Origin: Promethearchaeota archaeon
GTDB taxonomy: Archaea > Asgardarchaeota > Lokiarchaeia > Sigyniarchaeales > SOKP01
DNA: 64,000 nucleotides
Direction of reading: 5' to 3'
Assembly: GCA_019058245.1 (NCBI GenBank)
Contig: JAHPZJ010000008.1
Location: forward strand, 80,619-144,618
Shown here: one piece after another, positions 10,818 to 20,397 of the stretch
Layout: every line of letters begins with the position of its first letter
How positions within the stretch are numbered: position 1 is the first letter of the stretch
Notes under the pieces: generated by a model
What the model was told of the DNA's origin: nothing
What the model saw: only the letters and a program-made list of their open reading frames with translations
Database searches by the model: none
Made by a program: the position numbers and the translations under genes

Positions 10818-11465
10818 TTAATGACTAATCTCTAATTTATTAAGTGCTTTCTTTAGTAATTTTCTATTAGTTTCAGGATAGTATTTGGAATAATTTAATA
10901 TTTTTTCTTCGGAAATTCCTTTTATCAATTTAGAAATCTCAATTAATATTCTACTGTCATTCATATGGTTGTAATGCCATAAATAAATTAAATCTAAAAG
11001 CGTTTTTTCATGATCTGAATATTTAATCTTATTATTTATTATTCCAAAATTGAATAATGCATTTTTAAAGGTTAAAAATCGAAAGTCTTTTCCTAAAATA
11101 TTTATAGGTTTACTTTTTAATATTTGATCATTAATTAGGTAAAGTAATTCATTTTCATGTTCATAATTAATACGATTTATTTTTAGTGCGGTATACAATC
11201 CAAAATACCAATTTTTAACATTCTTTATATTCAATCCTTTTGCTACGAGTTCTAAAATGGAATATTTACATTTCTTTTTGAGGATTTCTTCATCAGTCTT
11301 TACATAATAAATATCGTCTAATATATTTAATAAATAACCACGCGTTATTAAGTAATCACTAATCGTTCTATAATCATGATAGAGATCTTTACTATAATCC
11401 TGTAATTCCTCAGATGAGACAAATTCTTTATTATCTTGTCTTATTTTTTTCAGAACTCGATACAT
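10818..11465 (-). CDS. AbiEi-like (type IV TA antitoxin / wHTH regulator) protein
   Basis: YL..RGYL..I...IYYV, WYFGLYTAL and YSDHEKTLLDLIY motifs typical of archaeal AbiEi-like proteins. Confidence 0.65.
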   Translation of the reverse strand: MYRVLKKIRQDNKEFVSSEELQDYSKDLYHDYRTISDYLITRGYLLNILDDIYYVKTDEEILKKKCKYSILELVAKGLNIKNVKNWYFGLYTALKINRINYEHENELLYLINDQILKSKPINILGKDFRFLTFKNALFNFGIINNKIKYSDHEKTLLDLIYLWHYNHMNDSRILIEISKLIKGISEEKILNYSKYYPETNRKLLKKALNKLEISH

Positions 11466-11855
11466 AAATTTTATCTAAAAATATAGTTAAATTTGAAAAA
11501 ATAACGAATAATAATCAGGCTACATTATATATAATGTACCTTAGTTTATATTTCTTTCAAATTTCTTAAAAAAAATTATAAATCTTTTAAAATTTGTTAG
11601 AAAGAATAGTCATTCATGATTTAAATTGTTAGAATTGAAAATCCAATAAAAAAAATTAACTTTTTATTTCCAATGAATTATCTATTAATTTTCAAATTCA
11701 ATTTTTTAAGAATCCTTGAAAGTTTGTGATATTTTTTCAAAAAAGAATATATAAAGCTTTTCCAAATTGCAGTATTTCAAAGAGTAAGAATTATATTCTA
11801 ATTTGAACTAAATATTATAGCAAAAAGATTCACAATTGCTAGATTAGAGGAGCTA

Positions 11856-12344
11856 TTGAATAAAATGTATAATGAGACAGAAAGTTCTAATTCTGAATAT
11901 GAAACTACTCTTAATAGGCTTTCAGGACAAATTGAAGACCTTTTTAATAAAATTCATTATTATCAAGCGCTAGTTGCTGAAAAGGATATTCAAATAAAGA
12001 AATTAATCAGAGAGAATCAAAACCTTATGGCGAAGGTCCAAAAATTAACATTTCATTCAAATCCCTCAGGTGAACCGGGTCAAAAATCTTATAACCCTTC
12101 ACTCCCTCCGTCAAGTGAACAATTTTCTACTCCTCCAATACCTCCACCAAATTATAAAGAAAAGTCGGAGTCTTCGTTCTCGATAAGTGAAGATCCGAGA
12201 GTTAATAAGAGAGTATGTCCTAACTGTGGTGCGATGGGTTTTGCTATAAGAGAAGTAGAAGATAAAAGCAAAATACTTAGCTATACCCCGAGAAGAATTT
12301 ACGCAAAGAAGAAAGTTTGTACTAAATGCAGATACGAATGGTAA
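11856..12344 (+). CDS. Coiled-coil / proline-rich linker / C-terminal zinc-ribbon protein
   Basis: Heptad-rich N-terminus, PSLPPS...PPIPPP, CPNC...CTKC. Confidence 0.8.
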   Translation: MNKMYNETESSNSEYETTLNRLSGQIEDLFNKIHYYQALVAEKDIQIKKLIRENQNLMAKVQKLTFHSNPSGEPGQKSYNPSLPPSSEQFSTPPIPPPNYKEKSESSFSISEDPRVNKRVCPNCGAMGFAIREVEDKSKILSYTPRRIYAKKKVCTKCRYEW

Positions 12345-12488
12345 AGCACATCTAATTCTCCCCTTATATAAAAAAGGACTTAAATTTCGTGGAAGTAATT
12401 CATAATAATTAGATAAATCATACTATAAAATATATCCAAAAATAAATTATAAAAAAAAAATTTGAAATTTTAATTTAGTTTTAGTTTT

Positions 12489-13658
12489 TTAAGGAGCTAT
12501 AATAGAATTAGGTTTTACCTCTTTTTGGAGCATTTTAAAAGCTTTTTTTGATGTAGAAAAGGTTTTAGCATTATGTTTTTGAACAATTTCTTTGAGTTCC
12601 TCATCAAATATACGTACAAACACTTCAATATGTGGATAAAAGAAGTTAAGTTTAGAAGTGAGGTAAATAGCCTCATCAAATTCACACTCCTTTTTCCAAC
12701 ATATAAAAGCTTGAGTAACTTCCTTCAGGTTAACATAAGCTTCTAAATCACTTAAAAACCGAGTATATTTTTTTCGGAGATGTAATTGTTTGTTTACTTC
12801 AAATTCAATACCTTCATGAACGTCGTCAAAAAGGTAAACTTCCCGATCTGGTTGTTGTGATATATGATGTGCGATTCGGTGGGTTAAATGATCCCTTCCA
12901 ATTACAATTACAGTTCCAGATCTATTTTTAGTCCATTCATGAATATCATCCATAGCCCATTTAGAAGTGGAGAAGGAAAATGCATTTAAAGGAGATTCTC
13001 CAAGATATTCTTGAATGTGGTCTTCAAAAGCACGAACATATATTTGACAACTTGGATTGATTTTACGTATCTTTTCAGTACAAATAATTGCAACCCTCAC
13101 ATCATTAATATTGATAAATACTTCATTGGCAGATTTTACATTGGCCAATTCAAGACTAGAATTCTCGGTTGCATCACCAACTACTATTGGAAGTCCAGCA
13201 TTAAGTAAATCTTCTACCAATTCTTCACAATCTTCAATAATAGCGAACCGTTTTTTATTTTTAACACAAAATTCTACAATTCTCTCTGATAAATGATGAT
13301 ATCCAATTATAACAGCATGATTTCTTTGATGTGTAGCAAGAATTCTGCTGGTAATAACAGGGTTATACTTTTCAAATAATTCTCCAGTAATAAATCCAAA
13401 AAAAATAACTTCTAATAAAATTGGCCAAACTATAGCATAAAACTGACCAAAATATCCCACATCATCAGGAAGCCCTACTGTTATTGAAAATAAGATTATT
13501 CTGCCAAAATGATAACCTGGTTCTGTAATAAGAAAGAAAAGCAAACCTGCAAACCAAAATAGAAAGAAAAATATAAACTGTAATTTATACTGTTTGAGTT
13601 TAAGATGGATTGCTATAAAAGCGTTTAGGAGATGCATATCATAAGATAAAGCACACAC
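12489..13658 (-). CDS. TrkA-N/RCK-domain membrane protein (K+ channel-like)
   Basis: Two TM segments around SITVG, then RCK (HAVIIGY, VVGDATE, ANVKSA) and a second degenerate RCK domain. Confidence 0.8.
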   Translation of the reverse strand: MCALSYDMHLLNAFIAIHLKLKQYKLQFIFFFLFWFAGLLFFLITEPGYHFGRIILFSITVGLPDDVGYFGQFYAIVWPILLEVIFFGFITGELFEKYNPVITSRILATHQRNHAVIIGYHHLSERIVEFCVKNKKRFAIIEDCEELVEDLLNAGLPIVVGDATENSSLELANVKSANEVFININDVRVAIICTEKIRKINPSCQIYVRAFEDHIQEYLGESPLNAFSFSTSKWAMDDIHEWTKNRSGTVIVIGRDHLTHRIAHHISQQPDREVYLFDDVHEGIEFEVNKQLHLRKKYTRFLSDLEAYVNLKEVTQAFICWKKECEFDEAIYLTSKLNFFYPHIEVFVRIFDEELKEIVQKHNAKTFSTSKKAFKMLQKEVKPNSIIAP

Positions 13659-13723
13659 GTATAAAAAAAATACGATCTTAGAATGAGAATCTTTTAAAAA
13701 AAGATTAAAAAAAAATTAAAAAA

Positions 13724-13942
13724 ACAGGGCAACCCGGACTTTTAGAATTAATAACCCCCTATGGTATTGATAGTTATGCTGATGTTGCAGTACTATTAGA
13801 TGATATTGTACAAGTGGAAAATTGGGAGAGATGTCCAAAATGTGGGCGGGAAGGTGCGATTTTCCGAGTTTTAGGGCGATTAACACCTTCAATAGGAAAG
13901 GGATGCAGTTCCTTATTTAGTTTAGAAGCTTTTAAGTTATAA
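13724..13942 (+). pseudogene. 3' remnant of a LuxE-family acyl-protein synthetase / acyl-CoA ligase
   Basis: TGQPGLLELITPYGIDSYADVAVLLDDIV...RCPKCGREGAIFRVLGRLTPSIGKGCSS matches the recalled LuxE C-terminus. In-frame stop at 13706 and no start before the homologous region. Confidence 0.7.
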
Positions 13943-13952
13943 TTAAAGATTT

Positions 13953-14876
13953 TTAAAGAATATAATCAGGATGTCTAACTCCTAGGTCTTCTAATAAGGG
14001 AACTAAAAATTCTGTATTAAATTCTTTTATATGAAACACATTCCCTAAATATAAATCTAAAAATTCTTGGATGTCATACTTTATTTTATTTATATCTATA
14101 AAGTTATATTCAGGTTCAATTGTTATTTTATCTAAATTCAAAGGACTTACTTGCTTATTTATTAAATAATGCATAAATTGTATAAATGTGCTTTCAATTA
14201 ATTGTTCTTCCTCTTCATTTAATTCATAAACATCATGAGCAATTTTATTTCTAAGGTCATCCATTTTTTTTGTTAATATATCGAGATTCTTTGGTAAATC
14301 TAGCGCTTCGATTTTTTGAGTTACTGTCTTATTATTATGATCTTCAACTTGGGAATCTAGGTAATCCATTAAAGTTGTGTAGAAACGTATTAAAAATTTA
14401 AAGGAATCAATAGATTTATCCTCTTTCCATTTATTATAAGAACTTCCCCACTGATTTAAATTTACACTATCTAAAGCATTTTTTATCTTAATTTTAATTT
14501 TATCCACTTTTTCTATGAAATAATCTGAATAATCCATAAAAGGTTTATTATTCATATCAAATTGATATTTATATGATTTCCCAAATTCTTTAATCGCCCC
14601 TATTTTTTTAATAAGAGATAGATCCTCTATTATTTCTTTCTTTCCAATTTCAGCTGCAAATTTTATCAGATATCTGCATTCAGGGCAATATGTTACATAT
14701 GATCCTCGCAATGATGTATATGGCTTAAGCTCAAGTTGATGCTTTCCCTCCGGAAATTCTATAATTTCACCCTTAGATTCTATTTGATCAAAATGCGTCT
14801 TTTCAAAATGAAAGGATTCTGGAATGAATTGAAAACTACAGACAGGACATTTCACTTTCTCTTTTCTTAATTTCAA
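13953..14876 (-). CDS. Zinc-ribbon protein with a C-terminal HEPN-like (DUF4145-type) domain
   Basis: CPVC...CPEC at the N-terminus; LRNKIAH (Rx4H) in a helical C-terminal region. Confidence 0.6.
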   Translation of the reverse strand: MKLRKEKVKCPVCSFQFIPESFHFEKTHFDQIESKGEIIEFPEGKHQLELKPYTSLRGSYVTYCPECRYLIKFAAEIGKKEIIEDLSLIKKIGAIKEFGKSYKYQFDMNNKPFMDYSDYFIEKVDKIKIKIKNALDSVNLNQWGSSYNKWKEDKSIDSFKFLIRFYTTLMDYLDSQVEDHNNKTVTQKIEALDLPKNLDILTKKMDDLRNKIAHDVYELNEEEEQLIESTFIQFMHYLINKQVSPLNLDKITIEPEYNFIDINKIKYDIQEFLDLYLGNVFHIKEFNTEFLVPLLEDLGVRHPDYIL

Positions 14877-15161
14877 ATTATTTCACTGTTATTATTATTT
14901 GTAATTAAATGCCAAGTAACAAAATAATAAAACCTTATATATTAGGTTTATTGAAAATAATAGCTAGAAATATTATCAAATAGTATAATATCTATAAAAT
15001 AACATATACGATATTCATTTGAAAAAATGTATTCTTAATCAAAATTCAAGACTTTCCACCATTATCACATTAACATAGAAATAATTAAAAACTAATTGAT
15101 AAGCTTTAAAAACTAAAGAAAAAAAAGAATTAATATTGAAATTATTATACATTTTAGCAAT

Positions 15162-15377
15162 TTAAAAGTATTTAATAGCTAAAAGTATGTCATCTCGTGT
15201 AATTTTTTTACGTTTTGCGTGTTTAGTTAATTGTAACGCAGTTTTTGTCAGTTTCTCAGCAGATGAGCCCAACCAATCAACCAATTCATCTACTGCATCA
15301 CGAGCAACGATTATAGCCCCATTATGTTTCATTAATCTTCTAATAGGACTCCAACTTATATATTCAGAACCAGCCAT
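15162..15377 (-). CDS. Archaeal histone (HMf-like fold)
   Basis: SPIRRLMK..GA..V..DAV..L....A..LTKHAKRKKITRDDI.LA; GGAGG RBS. Confidence 0.93.
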   Translation of the reverse strand: MAGSEYISWSPIRRLMKHNGAIIVARDAVDELVDWLGSSAEKLTKTALQLTKHAKRKKITRDDILLAIKYF

Positions 15378-15693
15378 TTTTTTATTCCTCCACTTTTTTA
15401 ATTATTTTATTATTTTTTTATTGAATTTTAATATTTTTTAAGAGTTTGTTATATTGATATATATCCTTCATATATTTAAAGATTTTTATCCATACTTAAT
15501 TTTATAGAAATAAAAGTAAAAAAAGTTAAACGACAAAATTCGAAATTATAAAGTTGATCAATTTCGTGGAAGTTAAAAAATTTTAATAAATTCATAAAAA
15601 GAGGAGTTTTAGAACAAAATATATATTTTTAAGAGAATAGAATAATTCAAAAAAATATGATTTTAAAATATTCATTTTAGGAACTTCAAATTC

Positions 15694-16593
15694 TTGATAA
15701 AAATGATATGGAACACAAGAATTACAAAAATGACTGGAATACCGTATCCCATTATTATGGGCGCTTTTTTCAGTTTAGGTAGGGCTGAATTCGCTGCATC
15801 TTTTTCAAATGCAGGAGGATTGGGAATTTTAACAGCAGGAAATTTTAAAACTGTGGATGAATTCCAAGAAGAAATTGTAAAAATGAAAAAATTGACAGAC
15901 AAACCGTATGGAGTAAATTTTACAATAATGCCTCCACAAGTAAGGGAAAAAACGGGAAGAGGAAGGTCAGAGGAATCCTTTCTTGATTACGTAGACATTG
16001 CCATTGATGCTGGTGTTAATGTTTTTACCACTGCTGCCTATAAAGCAGACAAAATAGGGAAAAAGATACACGATGCTGAATGTTATTGGTTTCATAAATG
16101 CGCAACAGTAAAGCATGCCTTATCAGCCGAAAAAGCAGGTGCAGATGCTGTGACAATTGTAGGGATAGAGGGAACAGGATTCAAAAATCCTTTCCAAAAT
16201 ACAACCCTTGTAAATATGACTATGGCCAAGAAATTATTAGAAATTCCAGTTATCGCAGCAGGAGGTATTGGAGATGCTAGAGGTTTCCTTGCTGCTTTGG
16301 CTATGGGGGCTGATGCGGTATGTTTTGGAACAGCAATTATTCCTACAAAGGAAAGCCCTGCCTCAGACTCATGGAAAAAATCAATATTAAATCAAGATAT
16401 TTTTGACGAGAATTTTTATAAGAAGATTTTCCATTTTGGATTGAGAGATTCAGGAATAGGATCCATGGCTGCGGGACACTGCGATAAAATAACCTCACTA
16501 AAAGTATTTATTGACAATATAATATCAGATGCAGAGAAAATCTTGCAAAAATGGGGGTATCAAGGTAATGAATTCAATACATTAGAAAAGTGA
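15694..16593 (+). CDS. Nitronate monooxygenase / FabK-like flavin oxidoreductase
   Basis: AGGLGIL, TDKPYGVN, PVIAAGGIGDARG, MGADAVCFGT. Confidence 0.88.
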   Translation: MIKMIWNTRITKMTGIPYPIIMGAFFSLGRAEFAASFSNAGGLGILTAGNFKTVDEFQEEIVKMKKLTDKPYGVNFTIMPPQVREKTGRGRSEESFLDYVDIAIDAGVNVFTTAAYKADKIGKKIHDAECYWFHKCATVKHALSAEKAGADAVTIVGIEGTGFKNPFQNTTLVNMTMAKKLLEIPVIAAGGIGDARGFLAALAMGADAVCFGTAIIPTKESPASDSWKKSILNQDIFDENFYKKIFHFGLRDSGIGSMAAGHCDKITSLKVFIDNIISDAEKILQKWGYQGNEFNTLEK

Positions 16594-16637
16594 ATACTAA
16601 TTTCTAAAGTTTTGATAAAAAAATTGCATCTGAATGA

Positions 16638-17174
16638 TTAAATCTTAATAAAGATCCCTGCGAATTTTTTACCAACTTTAGACAATCCAACTTTGGCAAA
16701 TTCCCATTTTGAAATATTTCCTTCCTTGCATTTTTGCCAAGAGTTTTTAAGAACTTTCCAATCTGAACCTAAATTTTCTTTCATATAATCCTCAATGTTC
16801 TCATTTTTCTCCATTAGTTGTTCAATCAAAGTTGCTACATCTGATATTTCGAGTTTAATCTCCTTAGTATCTTCTTGTATTTCAGATACTTTTGAATCCA
16901 ACTCTTTGAATTTGTTATAGAGTTTAGTCAAACGTCGATATTTAGGATCCAGATTTTTGAATTTTTTTATCATATTCTTCCATGAATCCTTAAAATTTTG
17001 CCAATCACTCTTAACATCTTTTTTTACTTTTATGAAATACTCCCCAGATTTTTCAGAAAATCCTTCAATATCATTTCTCATATCTATGAAAAATTGGTTG
17101 AATGGATTTTTTTTATCTTCTTGGATTAAAAAAATATCATTTTGAGGGATCTTTTTTTCTTTAAATTCCTTCAT
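16638..17174 (-). CDS. Hypothetical coiled-coil protein
   Basis: 178-aa charged helical ORF. Confidence 0.7.
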   Translation of the reverse strand: MKEFKEKKIPQNDIFLIQEDKKNPFNQFFIDMRNDIEGFSEKSGEYFIKVKKDVKSDWQNFKDSWKNMIKKFKNLDPKYRRLTKLYNKFKELDSKVSEIQEDTKEIKLEISDVATLIEQLMEKNENIEDYMKENLGSDWKVLKNSWQKCKEGNISKWEFAKVGLSKVGKKFAGIFIKI

Positions 17175-17391
17175 TTTTTAATTAACCTTAGAAGTCCCTT
17201 TCGAACATATCTGAAGAATAAATAAGAATTGATTACTATTTATTATTAATGGATTCCTTTGATTTGAATAACTCTTCTAATTTATAAAAATTTTTGGAAC
17301 AATAGTATTATTAGAGATTAAGACTTTTCACATTATAAAGATAAGTTGTACTATTATTAATAAGAAAAACCATCAATTGTGAAAAAGAAAA

Positions 17392-17565
17392 TTGGCGAAG
17401 AAAAGAACCAAGAAGAAATCAAAAAAAAATATGAAATCTGAAGATAAAACCTCTGAAGTAAAGGAATATGGAGTTGTTTTAACTAAAAATGAAAAATATC
17501 GTCATCGTATTTATCCTCAAAAAGGAAAGATTCCTGAAGATGATGAGGATTATAAAATAGTCTAA
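17392..17565 (+). CDS. Small 57-aa protein with a Lys-rich N-terminus (below the ORF-track cutoff)
   Basis: TTG start; MAKKRTKKKSKKNMKSEDKTSEVKEYGVVLTKNEKYRHRIYPQKGKIPEDDEDYKIV; purine-rich, coding-like composition. Confidence 0.55.
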   Translation: MAKKRTKKKSKKNMKSEDKTSEVKEYGVVLTKNEKYRHRIYPQKGKIPEDDEDYKIV

Positions 17566-17929
17566 ATTTTATTGAATTAATCTATTTTTTTTAATGCAAA
17601 AATTATACTTAACTGTATTATTGTTGCGTTTAATACAATTTTATAATCGATTTTTTTTCAATTATTAATGGTTTCAATATTAAGAAGGAGTTCTCTCTTA
17701 TTTTCTGTATTATTAAGAACCTTCATTTTATTTTATCAATATAAATAATCATTTGGACGTCATAAATTAATTTAACTGTTATTAAAAATTCTAATTTGGT
17801 TAAAAAAAACACTTATGTATATATAATATAGAATTATAATTTCAGAAAAATGAAATATAAAAGCTAATATTAAACATCTATTTCTAATTTATTAAATCTT
17901 TAAAATATCAAATAGTACAGTTAAAGTTT

Positions 17930-18499
17930 TTAAGAAATAATAAATTTCTGAGGATTTAGAGCATAACCCTTTTCATCAATTCCACCATATGCTTCTATTA
18001 TTTGATTTGGAATCGGATTATTTCCAATTCTAAAGGACTTTAATTTTTTAAGGCATTCAAGTCCTTCTATAGTTGATATCAAATTTCCATAAACATTAAG
18101 GCTATGTAGATTTATCAGCGTATTTAATCCTTTAATTTTTTTAATTCTATTATCCTCAAAAGACAGATTTTCTAATGTTGTCAATTGTTCTAAGCCTTTA
18201 ATCTCCTCTATTTTATTATCAGAGAGATATAATATCCTTAAATTTTTTAGATTCTCTAACCCGGTTATCTCTTCTATTTTATTTCCGTATAAGTTTAATT
18301 TTTCAAGATTTACTAAAGCATCCAAACCTTTTATGGTTGAGATATTATTATTAAATAAAATAAGGCTTTTTAAATTGGTTAATTTTGTCAAACCCTCGAT
18401 TTGTGAAAAATCTCCGATTTCTAAACTGCTTAAATTCAATAAATCGTTCTTAATTTTTACTTTAGTACCTTTTACTTCTACAAACATACTTAAATTCAA
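17930..18499 (-). CDS. Leucine-rich repeat protein (Sds22-like)
   Basis: Repeats of LxxLxLxxNxIxxIxGL. Confidence 0.92.
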   Translation of the reverse strand: MNLSMFVEVKGTKVKIKNDLLNLSSLEIGDFSQIEGLTKLTNLKSLILFNNNISTIKGLDALVNLEKLNLYGNKIEEITGLENLKNLRILYLSDNKIEEIKGLEQLTTLENLSFEDNRIKKIKGLNTLINLHSLNVYGNLISTIEGLECLKKLKSFRIGNNPIPNQIIEAYGGIDEKGYALNPQKFIIS

Positions 18500-18591
18500 T
18501 GCTTTTTGATTCCTTGAAATTTGTGTTTAAATCTAATTAAATAATTGAGGGTAATTAACTTTAAAGTTTAGGAATAATTTAATTTAATAAC

Positions 18592-19377
18592 TTGCCAGAA
18601 CTTCCAGAAGTGGAGACATTCAAACGATACCTAGATAAAACATCATTAAATCAAACTATTAAAAGTATAAAAGTAATAGATGATAGAGTTTTGGATATTG
18701 ATGGATTATCTCTGAAAGAATTGGTGGTCAATAATAAATTTGAATCATCTACTCGACTTGGAAAATATCTTTTAGTAAATATTGGGAAAAAATATCTTAT
18801 TTTTCACTTTGGTATGACAGGAGATTTGGAATATTACAATAATAAGGACCATGAGCCAAAATACAGTAAAGTAATATTTCACTTTAATAATGGTTTTAAT
18901 TTAACATACATTTCTCTAAGAATGTTTGGAAGATTAGATATTGCTGAATCAATTGAGGAATTTGTTGAAAAAAAGAATTTAGGCACAGATGCTTATAAAA
19001 TGAATTTCGAGGAATTTAAGAGAGCTCTGAAAAGAAGAACTGGGATTATAAAAAACGTATTATTAAATCAGAGTTTTATTGCTGGAATTGGTAATATTTA
19101 TTCAGATGAGATTCTATTTAAAACAAAGGTGCATCCTAAAACTAAAATAGATTCCCTTAGTGAAAGTAAAACTAAAGAACTTTTTACTAATATTAAAGAG
19201 GTGTTAAAAGTTGGTATTGATAAAAAAGGTGATCTGAGTACTTTTCCAGAATATTTTCTTATTCCACATCGTAAAAAAGACGATTATTGCCCAATTTGCA
19301 ATAGTGGAATAGAGCGAATTGAATTATCTGGAAGACATGGGTTTTATTGTCCAAATTGTCAAAAAGAATCAATCTAG
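18592..19377 (+). CDS. mutM: Formamidopyrimidine-DNA glycosylase (Fpg/Nei family)
   Basis: MPELPEVE, GKYL, HFGMTG, GIGNIYSDE, C-terminal CxxC...CxxCQ finger. Confidence 0.92.
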   Translation: MPELPEVETFKRYLDKTSLNQTIKSIKVIDDRVLDIDGLSLKELVVNNKFESSTRLGKYLLVNIGKKYLIFHFGMTGDLEYYNNKDHEPKYSKVIFHFNNGFNLTYISLRMFGRLDIAESIEEFVEKKNLGTDAYKMNFEEFKRALKRRTGIIKNVLLNQSFIAGIGNIYSDEILFKTKVHPKTKIDSLSESKTKELFTNIKEVLKVGIDKKGDLSTFPEYFLIPHRKKDDYCPICNSGIERIELSGRHGFYCPNCQKESI

Positions 19378-19458
19378 ATTTTAATTCAATTTTAATATCA
19401 CATAGCTTTAAATGAACTAATAATGGATAAATAGATTAAAAAAAAAGGATTAAGATCT

Positions 19459-20334
19459 CTATTCTCTTCTTTTCTGCATATAAATATAAATAATAATTTC
19501 GCCTAGTAAAATAATAGCTAACCCTATAAATATAAATATGTATTGATTCGGAATACGCTCATTCTCCGGAATATATTTACCCGGTATAAAATCGACAAGT
19601 TTTTGTCCCCCATATGAAAAATCATAATAAGAAAGAACGCCATTAGAATTATAGTTAATTTTTATATCAATAGCAGCACTATTGTTTTCAAATCCTAATT
19701 GTGGGACATAAATTAAGAAACCATCTGACTGTGCTGTGACCGTAATATTTTTATACAAGGCTCCCTTGGAACTCATTACTGTTAAGATTTCACTCGCAAA
19801 TGATGACCAGCTAATAGTTGTAGGTGCAAAAAGAACATTAAACATAGCATAAGGACTAAACGAGCGACTCAAGTTTAATGTTTGTCGTAAGAAACTAGAT
19901 GTATCGTTTACTATATTCCACGTTTGGTCCCATTCATTACTATCAGAATATTCTGGAATTTCCCATCGAAATTTACCATCTATAGGTGTGGATGTAACTG
20001 TTGAATTATCATAAGGAGAAAGCACTTGTCCAATTTCTTCAACATCAATGGCATTAACTGTAAGTGGCCAATATGATTGCGGTGGAGTAAGAACCATCCA
20101 ATCATTATAAACCTTAGTTAAATTATCTGATCCTAATGGCATAAGATTTTCTAAAATAACTTCTAAATCATCTGTTTTATATGTGTTCCAATTTTCTGCA
20201 TATACACTGAGAGCCCATTCATACTCATCACCATTTTTAATTCCAACATAAGTACTTTGGGCATTACAAATTCTTATGAAAGGGATTAAGAGAAAAATTC
20301 CAAGGAAAACTATGCTCAAACTTTTTTTTTTCAT
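19459..20334 (-). CDS. Secreted, C-terminally membrane-anchored surface protein
   Basis: Signal peptide, YVGIKNGDEYEW start of the mature chain, C-terminal IP-hydrophobic-KRR tail. Confidence 0.8.
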   Translation of the reverse strand: MKKKSLSIVFLGIFLLIPFIRICNAQSTYVGIKNGDEYEWALSVYAENWNTYKTDDLEVILENLMPLGSDNLTKVYNDWMVLTPPQSYWPLTVNAIDVEEIGQVLSPYDNSTVTSTPIDGKFRWEIPEYSDSNEWDQTWNIVNDTSSFLRQTLNLSRSFSPYAMFNVLFAPTTISWSSFASEILTVMSSKGALYKNITVTAQSDGFLIYVPQLGFENNSAAIDIKINYNSNGVLSYYDFSYGGQKLVDFIPGKYIPENERIPNQYIFIFIGLAIILLGEIIIYIYMQKRRE

Positions 20335-20397
20335 CAGACTTTATCAACTCTCTGTTTAATCATTAAAATTTATCAAAAATTATCTAAATAAAAAAAA

